In this document: one piece after another, positions 35,005 through 43,652 of the stretch
How positions within the stretch are numbered: the first letter of the stretch is position 1
Layout: every line of letters begins with the position of its first letter
IMG/VR virus record: IMGVR_UViG_3300042371_000495
Span: 3,193-67,192 of that record
Strand: one strand, 5' to 3'
DNA from: a virus
Length of the DNA: 64,000 nucleotides
Notes under the pieces: generated by a model
Told to the model about the DNA's origin: nothing
Databases searched by the model: none
Seen by the model: the letters and a program-made list of their open reading frames with translations, nothing else
Made by a program: the position numbers and the translations under genes

Positions 35005-35773
35005 CGAATCCAAATGTAGTGATGACAGTATAGTCTTCAGGTGTATCATTTACAAGATCACCGAGTCTAACATTTACCCCATCAACTGGGTCGCTGATAC
35101 CGACATTCATATCGGCGTGCATATTCGCATCAACAATCTTGATGACCGGTCGAGGAGCAGAATTTGTGTTTCCGATGAATCGTACTTTGATCGTAAAGTC
35201 TAAGGTATAGATCAACAACCTACGAGTAGAAGCAAAATCACCGTCATAACTATCCTGGAAATTTGTAGAGTTTAATATGATCGGTATATCGGTCAAGGTA
35301 TCTGGACCCTCGAGATCTTTTACAGTGACAGTATATTCCGGAGTAAATGTAGGGACGATCTGCTCGAATATCTGTAGTGCATCATCCTGAGATCTCGACA
35401 TGATACTCAACTGCATACCGATAACATAAGGCACACTCTGATATGTAGATATCCTATGATCAGTATCATCTGAGATTGGGAACGTACGTTGATTGATCTT
35501 ATTAAGCTTCGAGGCAGAATCGTAAGCGATCGATGTCATCTCAAACGACATCCTTGGCAATTTAATCGCGATATCAGTAGGATATTCAGAAGATTCGTTC
35601 GTACGAATACGCATTAAGAAATGTTCCTTAGGACCATATGCCAAAGGAACTCGATTGACATTCATCATCTGTCCACTCACTACCTTTCCAGTATAGATGT
35701 TGTTGAACATTGTACCAAAGACAGAGACGATCTTCTTGATCGTACCGTTATAATAATATGATCCGTTTAACAT
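34991..35773 (-). CDS. gp15: Tail sheath stabiliser / completion protein
   Basis: FGTMFNNI, VPLAYGPK, LPRMSFE, DALQIFEQIVPTFTP. Confidence 0.95.
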   Translation of the reverse strand: MLNGSYYYNGTIKKIVSVFGTMFNNIYTGKVVSGQMMNVNRVPLAYGPKEHFLMRIRTNESSEYPTDIAIKLPRMSFEMTSIAYDSASKLNKINQRTFPISDDTDHRISTYQSVPYVIGMQLSIMSRSQDDALQIFEQIVPTFTPEYTVTVKDLEGPDTLTDIPIILNSTNFQDSYDGDFASTRRLLIYTLDFTIKVRFIGNTNSAPRPVIKIVDANMHADMNVGISDPVDGVNVRLGDLVNDTPEDYTVITTFGFDEEG

Positions 35774-35775
35774 AA

Positions 35776-36693
35776 TTATGCGTCGTTAGGTTCCCCGAAT
35801 GGGTTAGATTCGCTGAAATCGATGACTGAATTCCCTTGATCTTCGAACGGAGTATTCTGGGCATTCGGATCATTGTTATATGCAAATTCATCTGTATCGC
35901 TTAATTCGAAGAGGGAAGTGATCGTCGAGACAAACCCAGAATCTTCTCCAGTGAGTGTAGTCCCGACGGTTAATTGATGGAATTGACCATCATCGAAGTT
36001 AAGTGTAGACAGACGTTCAATGATCGTTTCGTCTTCTTTCCTTTTATATTCCAATAGTTCAGTATAACCAGTGACACCGGACGGTAATTCAATGAGAAGC
36101 TTCTCATTGATATTGTGCAGTTCGCCCTCTTCGAATTCGACCTCGGCATTGATCATCGTCGAGGAAGTACGCTGAAGCTTATCGACCTCGGCGATACCAG
36201 TATTGATCTCTTGATTTCCGTATTCGAAGTTCTCGCACGTAAGTTTGAATGTCGGCACGTTCTTTACCTGAAAGAACGGCTTCTTATCCTCGACGTAACG
36301 AATCTCAAATAGCCCCTTCGAGAGTGGGATATAGATCAAGTCACCTTCACGTGGACGAACGGATTCCTTTGTAAATCCCTTATGCGCGACCAATTGATTC
36401 CATCTACGACGACTAACAGCAAATGTGATTTGATCTCGAATCTCGAAACCAAATTTAGAATATAATTTTCCGTCTCCTTCGAGACCATCGATCGATTCGA
36501 TATACATCTCGATCTTGAATGCCGAATCAAATTTACTTAAAGTATCTTCGTTGAGGATCGTATCGATAGAATAATATGAACGAGGCAAGTACCAGATATC
36601 AGTACCATAGATTTGCATTGCCTCTATGATTAATTCTTCATAAAGATCTTGCTCGGATTTTACTCCATTGCTTATATAAATGTTTCGAGGCAT
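35776..36693 (-). CDS. gp14: Neck protein
   Basis: EQDLYEELIIE, SKFGFEIRD, RPREGDLIY, DFSESNPFG. Confidence 0.95.
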   Translation of the reverse strand: MPRNIYISNGVKSEQDLYEELIIEAMQIYGTDIWYLPRSYYSIDTILNEDTLSKFDSAFKIEMYIESIDGLEGDGKLYSKFGFEIRDQITFAVSRRRWNQLVAHKGFTKESVRPREGDLIYIPLSKGLFEIRYVEDKKPFFQVKNVPTFKLTCENFEYGNQEINTGIAEVDKLQRTSSTMINAEVEFEEGELHNINEKLLIELPSGVTGYTELLEYKRKEDETIIERLSTLNFDDGQFHQLTVGTTLTGEDSGFVSTITSLFELSDTDEFAYNNDPNAQNTPFEDQGNSVIDFSESNPFGEPNDA

Positions 36694-36711
36694 CTTTGGT
36701 ATGCGTATTTA

Positions 36712-37464
36712 TTAGCCAATGAAGAAATCCGCAGGCATAGAGAAGCGAAGCTCGAATTCGGTCTCAATCTTCTCGATATCAGCCTTCGCTTCTTCATAAA
36801 TCTTAGTGCCATTAATCGTGACTCCGCCTGGAAGTTGCATACCCTCGAACTTACTAAGGTTTTGACCCCACTGACGTTTTAATAACGCCGTTGTATATTT
36901 TTTCAGGATCATGTCATTATAGATCTTTGGATATTCGACAGGATTCAAGGCGACGTATCCTTCCATAATGACGATCTTTCCGGCCTGAAGAGTGTGTTTC
37001 CAATCAACAGCAATCGAGAGACGATTTTGGTGACGAGAGAAGATGATCTGCTGAGTCATACCATTCAACTCGAGCTCAATCATATTCATGTACTGTTTTG
37101 TAATCTCATAGTTAACGATCGAACCTGGATCACGCAATGAATAAATGTCTGACATCATCATTTGATACTGGACCGAGAACAAATCTGTTCCCATCATTGA
37201 TGAACCTTTCAATGGAAAGACGCGATTGACGTAGATCAACTCATCAGGAAGAGTGATGTACGTATTTTCAATATCCGCGGAGGTCAATGTATGCTTGACG
37301 AACGTACGAACCAACGCGTCCGAATGATAGGTCTGATAAAATTGAATGGCTTCATCGACGCGATCATTGATTTGCTCTTCGTCGAGGTTAATCTCTAGGA
37401 CCGGAGCGCCTAATGAACGCAAACAATAATCAATGAGTCCTTGTCTTGTTGAAGGTGATGCCAT
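36712..37464 (-). CDS. gp13: Neck protein
   Basis: LIDYCLRSLGAPVLEIN, KRQWGQNLSKFEGMQLPGGVT.NG. Confidence 0.96.
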   Translation of the reverse strand: MASPSTRQGLIDYCLRSLGAPVLEINLDEEQINDRVDEAIQFYQTYHSDALVRTFVKHTLTSADIENTYITLPDELIYVNRVFPLKGSSMMGTDLFSVQYQMMMSDIYSLRDPGSIVNYEITKQYMNMIELELNGMTQQIIFSRHQNRLSIAVDWKHTLQAGKIVIMEGYVALNPVEYPKIYNDMILKKYTTALLKRQWGQNLSKFEGMQLPGGVTINGTKIYEEAKADIEKIETEFELRFSMPADFFIG

Positions 37465-37470
37465 ACAGGC

Positions 37471-37478
37471 TATTTATA
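37471..37478 (-). promoter_or_regulatory. Late promoter TATAAATA
   Basis: Exact consensus, 6 nt before ATG of gp13. Confidence 0.75.
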
Positions 37479-37537
37479 AAAGTAAAACCATCAGCGCTGC
37501 CAAAGTGTTTTACTATATTAAAATATAGTAAATAATA

Positions 37538-38038
37538 TTATTGTGGAGTACTGAGAACAGTAATAGCCTCTTGAATAGTCTCCTCAAAACGGAATGGAGC
37601 AATTGGCCAGTTGCCATTTGATGCTGGATTTAAAGCAAAGGATACCGTAATGCCATTAAGCCAATTGCGTACAGCAATCAGTTTTTCTGAACTCTTGTTC
37701 TCTGCGGCTAATTTAGCTTCAATGTCCATAAGTGACAGCACTTTAAGGGCGCTAAAACCTTGTCGCTCAATCCACTGGTCTACACCCGAGAATGGTAGTT
37801 GTTGTGGACCAAACATTCGACGCAGTTGCATCTTTTCGGTAAAGGTTATTAGGCCTCCATTTTCATAAAAGTACAAAATTGGCGGAGTGGCGGCGCGACC
37901 GGCATCAAAGGTGGAGGCAATCTCGTCCGATATCTCAACAACCGAGAGGTGATTCATCACGTCCTGCGGTTGTGCGGCGGGGCGATGATCCTCGACACGA
38001 ATGATTAAATTGCGGGGGTTTAGTGTAGCGTATTTCAT
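37538..38038 (-). CDS. Hypothetical protein, possibly tail-fibre assembly chaperone-like
   Basis: Overlaps the sulfotransferase stop; C-terminal WP motif; function inferred from position. Confidence 0.5.
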   Translation of the reverse strand: MKYATLNPRNLIIRVEDHRPAAQPQDVMNHLSVVEISDEIASTFDAGRAATPPILYFYENGGLITFTEKMQLRRMFGPQQLPFSGVDQWIERQGFSALKVLSLMDIEAKLAAENKSSEKLIAVRNWLNGITVSFALNPASNGNWPIAPFRFEETIQEAITVLSTPQ

Positions 38039-38835
38039 AGTTCGTTAATCCAGTTAAATTTTTGATTAAGTGCTTCGGAAAGTTGTCGGCCGAGAGTGTC
38101 GTGCCAATCTGGTTGAAGAGCAGTCACCTTTGGTTTTACGGTATGATCACCAAATGGCCAGCCAAGTTCATGTTCAATAGTGTATTGCTCAACATTTGTG
38201 GTGTTGTGGATAAAGGGTTCTTCGCCAAGGTAGTCCCACACTTTTTCCATTGTACGCTGCGGGTCAGAGGTCAAATCTTCGGCATGAACAAAATGCACTT
38301 TATTAGCGTGAACCCGAGCAAGTTCGTGAATTCGTTGTATGGCTATACCTATTGGAGCGCTGTCAAGCCAAAATTGGCATCGACCTTCGACTGTTTGAAT
38401 GCGAGCCGTATCGGCTTGGTTGCCCTCCATTTGAAAACCCGGATGAGCTTGAAACTTTTTCTCCATGCTTGAAAGAACACCACGAATGTCACGAATAGGT
38501 ACAAGAAGTTTAGCATCGGGGAAAAGTTGGAACAGCAGATTAGCTGATCCGATCCAACTGCGGCATTTGTCAACTACTATTGGACGATCCGTTATGGAGT
38601 CAAAGGAGTTAACAATACCGCCACGCATAAAGTCAGAAAACAATTGTTCACCATCTTTTGGTTGTGGAATGCTACGGAATTCTTCGGTCTTAAAGAACGC
38701 CTTTGATAAGTACATAATCTCATGCACTCCACTTGTTGCAGTAGCATGAACCCGAGGATTTTGTGCAAGCAGATTTTGTAACAAGGTACTGCATGCTCTT
38801 GGAAGTCCAGATGTATAATGTATTGTTTTGCTCAT
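38035..38835 (-). CDS. PAPS-dependent sulfotransferase family protein
   Basis: 5'-PSB loop SGLPRACSTLL, DKCRSW, 3'-PB RDIRGVLSS, EDLTSDP. Confidence 0.85.
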   Translation of the reverse strand: MSKTIHYTSGLPRACSTLLQNLLAQNPRVHATATSGVHEIMYLSKAFFKTEEFRSIPQPKDGEQLFSDFMRGGIVNSFDSITDRPIVVDKCRSWIGSANLLFQLFPDAKLLVPIRDIRGVLSSMEKKFQAHPGFQMEGNQADTARIQTVEGRCQFWLDSAPIGIAIQRIHELARVHANKVHFVHAEDLTSDPQRTMEKVWDYLGEEPFIHNTTNVEQYTIEHELGWPFGDHTVKPKVTALQPDWHDTLGRQLSEALNQKFNWINEL

Positions 38836-38845
38836 ATATTATATA

Positions 38846-41224
38846 TCAAAGATCATCAACGACGGTTAATCCACCAAATGTTGTGCCATATCCAGTCGCT
38901 CCATTTGGAACGTGGATTTCGGTTGTTAAAACATTTACAAAAACATCAACTCCAAGTGTTGGGGCAGCCATTGCTAAACATGCGATGTAATCTAAGCTAT
39001 TGCAATGTATGAACGCAGTGTCACCGATACTAGTGACGCTACTAGGTATCGTTATACTAGGCAATGCATTGGATAAAGCCAAAAACCCACTAGGAATACT
39101 TACTATACCATTACTGAGTGTCATGCTCGTCAGGCCAGTGCAGCCAGAGAAGGACTGTATACCCATGCTAGTAACGGTAGATGGTATTGTTATGCTTGTT
39201 AACCCAGTATACATAAACGCATAATCACCTATACTTGTAACGCTAGATGGTATCGTTACGTTTGCTAAAGCGGAACAGTCGACAAATGCAAAGCCGCCAA
39301 TGGTTGTAACGCTATCTGGAATAGTGATGCTTGTCAGGCTAGTGCAACCTTGGAATGTACCGTTGTCAATGCTTGTAACGCTATCTGGAATAGTGACGCT
39401 TGTTAGGCCAGAGCAGTTGTAGAATGCACTGTTGCCAATGTTTGTCACGCTATCTGGAATAGTGATGCTTGATAAGCTAGCGCAACCCTGGAATGCACTG
39501 TAGCCAATGCTTGTAACGCTATCTCCAATAGTGACGCTCGTCAGGCTAGAGCAACCCTGGAATGCACTGTAGCCAATGGTTGTAACGCTATCTGGAATAG
39601 TGATACTTGTCAGACCACTGCAGCCGTAGAATGCATAGCTGCCAATGGTTGTAACGCTATCTCCAATAGTAATGCTTGTTAAGTCAGAGCAACTACGGAA
39701 TGCATAGCTGCCAATGCTCGTAACACTATCTCCAATCGTGACGCTTGTCAGGCTAGTGCAGCCGCTGAACACATAGCCGCCAATGCTCGTAACACTATCT
39801 CCAATCGTGACGCTTGTCAGACCACTGCAGCCGTAGAATGCATAGCTGCCAATGGTTGTAACGCTGTTGGGAATAGTGACGCTTGATAAGCTAGTGCAGC
39901 CGTAAAATCCTCCGGCGCCAATGCTTGTAACGCTATCTGGAATAGTGACGCTTGTTAGGCCAGAGCAGTAGTTGAATGAATACTCGCCAATGGTTGTAAC
40001 GCTATCTGGAATAGTGATGCTTGTCAGGCTAGTGCAACCTTGGAATGTACCGTTGTCAATGCTTGTAACGCTATCTGGAATAGTGATGCTTGTCAGACCA
40101 CTGCAGTCGTTGAACGCATAGCCGCCAATGCTTGTAACGCTATCTGGAATAGTGATGCTTGTCAGACCACTGCAGAAGCCGAATGCCCAGCTGCCAATGG
40201 TTGTAACGCTATTTGGAATGGTGACGCTAGTTAGGCCAGTGCAACTTTGGAATGCATAGTTGCCAATGCTTGTAACGCTATCCCCAAAAATAACAGAATC
40301 AAGATTGGAATTACTATTTTGCAACAAGTCAGGTATAATTGTATTTGGATAATATTCGATTGTCGAGTCAGAATAAGTAAAAATTGTTTCTATGCTTCCT
40401 TGACCATGCCCAGTTGTTCCTGTAGCATAAAATAATTTTCCAGTTAAATCGGTGGTATATTCACTGGCTCCAGGAGGAAGATACTCAAATGTTAATACTC
40501 CTTCTCCTTCAGGCCCATTACCAAACATTATGGCTAATGCATAATATGCATTAGCGGCCATTGTAAATGTACCAGTCACTGGTTGTGGACCATGAATTCC
40601 TCCGTTTGACACTACGGCATTGCTTATTTCCCTAGCAGCGTCTAGAGCATTTGAGCCAAGCCACAAATAGCTTGCATCATCTGAAGTTATTCGAAAACCA
40701 TATTCTCCGGATATAGTTGGTTTAAAATAACCTCTAACAATAAGACTTTTATTATTATCTCCAGCCGCGGCGGAATAACCATCATCAATAACTGAAGAAA
40801 TACTTTGTGACAACAGTGGACGACTTACCGCTGCTCTTTCAGTTGGTCCAGCCACTGGTGGAGGACCAAAGTAGAACAATCCGGCACCTACATGTGGAAA
40901 CAGAACAGGCGGTTCATATGGATTATTAAAACTAGGATTTTCTGAAAATCCGTTTTCATACCAATTAGGCGATAGCAGAAAATTGCCTAAAGTTGTTATT
41001 TGAAAATCACCACCTCCAAGTGTAGCAAAATAGGAGTCGTTCAATAGTCTAGAATTAAAAAACGTAGAGTCATCTTCAAAATACCCTTGATATTTTCTTT
41101 TAACAACTCCATCATCTAAAGTTAGCCCGGTAATATCACTGCCCTCAAATGAAGTGCCAGAGATTGCGCTGACATACTTGTATGCCAAACTCATTCCAAG
41201 ACAAAATTTAATTCCTTCAAACAT
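38846..41224 (-). CDS. PA14/GLEYA-like domain plus BspA (Treponema-type) leucine-rich-repeat protein, probable adhesin
   Basis: GYFKPTISGEYGFRITSDDASYLWLG (PA14); ~19 repeats of LTSVTIPDSVTSIGxxAFxxCxx. Confidence 0.9.
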   Translation of the reverse strand: MFEGIKFCLGMSLAYKYVSAISGTSFEGSDITGLTLDDGVVKRKYQGYFEDDSTFFNSRLLNDSYFATLGGGDFQITTLGNFLLSPNWYENGFSENPSFNNPYEPPVLFPHVGAGLFYFGPPPVAGPTERAAVSRPLLSQSISSVIDDGYSAAAGDNNKSLIVRGYFKPTISGEYGFRITSDDASYLWLGSNALDAAREISNAVVSNGGIHGPQPVTGTFTMAANAYYALAIMFGNGPEGEGVLTFEYLPPGASEYTTDLTGKLFYATGTTGHGQGSIETIFTYSDSTIEYYPNTIIPDLLQNSNSNLDSVIFGDSVTSIGNYAFQSCTGLTSVTIPNSVTTIGSWAFGFCSGLTSITIPDSVTSIGGYAFNDCSGLTSITIPDSVTSIDNGTFQGCTSLTSITIPDSVTTIGEYSFNYCSGLTSVTIPDSVTSIGAGGFYGCTSLSSVTIPNSVTTIGSYAFYGCSGLTSVTIGDSVTSIGGYVFSGCTSLTSVTIGDSVTSIGSYAFRSCSDLTSITIGDSVTTIGSYAFYGCSGLTSITIPDSVTTIGYSAFQGCSSLTSVTIGDSVTSIGYSAFQGCASLSSITIPDSVTNIGNSAFYNCSGLTSVTIPDSVTSIDNGTFQGCTSLTSITIPDSVTTIGGFAFVDCSALANVTIPSSVTSIGDYAFMYTGLTSITIPSTVTSMGIQSFSGCTGLTSMTLSNGIVSIPSGFLALSNALPSITIPSSVTSIGDTAFIHCNSLDYIACLAMAAPTLGVDVFVNVLTTEIHVPNGATGYGTTFGGLTVVDDL
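38985..40305 (-). repeat. ~19 tandem 69-bp coding repeats (BspA LRR), including an exact 102-bp duplication (39295-39396 = 39985-40086)
   Basis: Direct sequence comparison. Confidence 0.9.
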
Positions 41225-41290
41225 AAAATTAGAATACAGCGGGGTTTAGATGTATTAAACACCCTTGATAAACGCTTTTGATCATGTGAT

Positions 41291-41298
41291 TATTTATA
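41291..41298 (-). promoter_or_regulatory. Late promoter TATAAATA upstream of the PA14-LRR gene
   Basis: Exact consensus. Confidence 0.65.
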
Positions 41299-41464
41299 CC
41301 CTTAATCGCCACATGGATCCTATGAGTATAGACAAACATAACACCACAAAATATTGAATTGTTATCACTGAATCATCAATCGTATTTTCGAACGATAAAA
41401 ATATTTTGCCGACAAATGTTAAAAGTATCAGTGCAAGTAGACACAACATTTGTCGAGTGTTCAT
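41294..41464 (-). CDS. Small two-helix membrane protein
   Basis: MNTRQMLCLLALILLTFVG...IQYFVVLCLSILIGSMW. Confidence 0.55.
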   Translation of the reverse strand: MNTRQMLCLLALILLTFVGKIFLSFENTIDDSVITIQYFVVLCLSILIGSMWRLRV

Positions 41465-41468
41465 AGCA

Positions 41469-41786
41469 TTATTTGAAGAATTGTTTGTGAGCGTTTTTCT
41501 CAAACTTCTTTCCAATGGCGATCAATCCATTGATGATTTCCGGTGAAATGACACCGATGATGCCATATGTCATGGCTTTATATAATGAAGAAATATCAGT
41601 ATGCTCTAATAAGAACCAAGCGATCGTAGATGCCAGAGCCGCAATGGTGATCTTCTTAAGCTGCTCGACAAATTGAAATTCTTTCTCGCTTGATATCAAT
41701 CGGGCTAACATTCCGCCGGCGCCGATCAAAGGGATAATCCATCCGCCATTTATGAATTCTTTAAGAATAGATTTTTCCGGTTCCAT
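41469..41786 (-). CDS. Holin-like membrane protein
   Basis: Three hydrophobic segments, basic C-terminus, CATAAATA late-type promoter at 41796-41803. Confidence 0.55.
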   Translation of the reverse strand: MEPEKSILKEFINGGWIIPLIGAGGMLARLISSEKEFQFVEQLKKITIAALASTIAWFLLEHTDISSLYKAMTYGIIGVISPEIINGLIAIGKKFEKNAHKQFFK

Positions 41787-41806
41787 AATTTAGGGTATTT
41801 ATGATA

Positions 41807-43303
41807 TTATGGTTTCCAAGCGAATGGGGCGTAAGAAGCACCAAGTAATTTGTATGTCACCGCAAATGATGTAGTATTCGTACATATATTTGCTAAAGAC
41901 CAATAATCTCCCATCAGTGTACCTAATGCCGCGGGATGAGTGAAAGATCCAATGAGTGCGAAATTACCGCCGGCCTTCGATTGATACAGATATAACGTAG
42001 ATCCGTCCCAGACTATCAACCATCTATTGTTATAAGAAGGAGACGCTTGTAATGGGAATGAGGTCGACGTTTGTACGGTTGAACCCGTTGCTAGTCCATT
42101 ATTGATAGATATCGACGCTGTGTTATTGCTATTATTCCACGTCACGGCAAATCCGCCTGAATCTACGGCATTCGTCGATAGGGTAGTTTGATTGATGCTA
42201 TTAGAACCGATGATGAATCGTGTTAGAGTGGGAGTTCCTGCTTTATTGCTATTATCGTCAATCAGTACAGAAAATTTCTGTTGTGTCATCAACGAAGTCC
42301 GCGGTGACTCATCTCCGGGTCTTGCCAGCGGACTAAAATAATTTGGATCGATGCTACACACACGATACGTCGCGTTAGGGGCAGCGTTGGCTAAATTCTG
42401 ATAAAACCACATGCCGCTTGCCGATGAACCCGAAGAATATGTAGCAGTTCCGACCGTTTCTCCCCAAGGGAACCCGATCGGAGCATTTTGCCAGATATGA
42501 TTGATCGTTGCCTTACGAGTCATTACTTGATTATCGGTCTGATATGCCGAGGCGATCGAAGTGTTAGTCTCGTCCATCGTCTCACCGATATAGATCGCGT
42601 CCTGGACAATTAGACTCCTATGACTGTATACGCGAGGGATCGTAGCTATATTCCAAGTATTAATCGGCGCTACCGTCGAGGCGTCATTGAAAGTCATTCC
42701 GCGACTTAACTCGGTGATCGTGACGATCAAATTCTTAGGAGCTTTTCCTGAAGGGATCGATATTGCTATACCTGTTCGATATACTGCGGTGCCGGTGCCA
42801 CCCACCGTGATGTTTCCACCGTTCCACAAATATACGTTCCAGGGTTGAGCACTCGTAATTCCCAATCCAGTATCAGGTCCATTTCCGTGACCTCGTCCAG
42901 TTGATGCCGGCATCAATCGAATGAATGTCGGCGTCACGCTGGTAGTCGTAGGAAGCGTAGTACCAATATTTTGACCAAACGGCCCGACTGTATTTGATAG
43001 TTGTTCGTATCCACCTTGATAACGATAAGTCGTCGTACCGGACTGTGAGCCGGTTCTTGATGAAATTTGTATCTCGAAAGCCACCGACCCTTCCGCACAA
43101 TAATATTCTCCGATCGTTTGGGCGGTTCCAGCTGCGATCTGCTCTTGAAACGATCGTTGAATAGCCGGAGCCGCAGCGACCGCAAATCCCGCAGTAGCGC
43201 TGGCGACACCACGAGCACTCAAGGCGGTTAATACTGTAGCTGACTTCGCCGAGACTTCAGCTGTAGATAATGTACCGCTAGGGGATAGTTGAACTAATGC
43301 CAT
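41807..43303 (-). CDS. Late virion/tail-associated beta-rich protein
   Basis: 498-aa Thr/Ser/Gly-rich ORF, TATAAATA at 43311-43318. Confidence 0.65.
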   Translation of the reverse strand: MALVQLSPSGTLSTAEVSAKSATVLTALSARGVASATAGFAVAAAPAIQRSFQEQIAAGTAQTIGEYYCAEGSVAFEIQISSRTGSQSGTTTYRYQGGYEQLSNTVGPFGQNIGTTLPTTTSVTPTFIRLMPASTGRGHGNGPDTGLGITSAQPWNVYLWNGGNITVGGTGTAVYRTGIAISIPSGKAPKNLIVTITELSRGMTFNDASTVAPINTWNIATIPRVYSHRSLIVQDAIYIGETMDETNTSIASAYQTDNQVMTRKATINHIWQNAPIGFPWGETVGTATYSSGSSASGMWFYQNLANAAPNATYRVCSIDPNYFSPLARPGDESPRTSLMTQQKFSVLIDDNSNKAGTPTLTRFIIGSNSINQTTLSTNAVDSGGFAVTWNNSNNTASISINNGLATGSTVQTSTSFPLQASPSYNNRWLIVWDGSTLYLYQSKAGGNFALIGSFTHPAALGTLMGDYWSLANICTNTTSFAVTYKLLGASYAPFAWKP

Positions 43304-43377
43304 ATGCGTCTATTTATAGTATCGCTGAAATAATAAACCGATAACAGTTATTTACAATTTTAAACTCAATGATAGTG

Positions 43378-43632
43378 TTAGAACAACACTATCGAGATCG
43401 AAGCAGTCGTCCCGGCCTCGATAATCGAATTACCAGCGAAAGGATAGAGACCAGCCTTTACAGGAAAGGTGACCTCAATATCGTTTGTACCAGTGATGTT
43501 CAAGTTACCATCAGTGCCGATTAGCAATCCTTTGAAACTTTTTCCATTTGCCTGGGAATATACACCATCCGTAAATACACACTGTTCATAAACGACAGCC
43601 GAATCATAAACTCTTGAAGCATTTGCACTCAT
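43378..43632 (-). CDS. Small late protein (spike-base/decoration-like)
   Basis: GLLIGTDGNLNIT...VTFPVKAG pattern; TATAAATA at 43640-43647. Confidence 0.6.
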   Translation of the reverse strand: MSANASRVYDSAVVYEQCVFTDGVYSQANGKSFKGLLIGTDGNLNITGTNDIEVTFPVKAGLYPFAGNSIIEAGTTASISIVLF

Positions 43633-43652
43633 ATGTTTCTATTTATACTTTG

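Noticed and set aside
38985-40305. 69-bp periodic repeats as a CRISPR array
   Set aside because: In-frame coding LRR units, degenerate, no unique spacers, no cas genes
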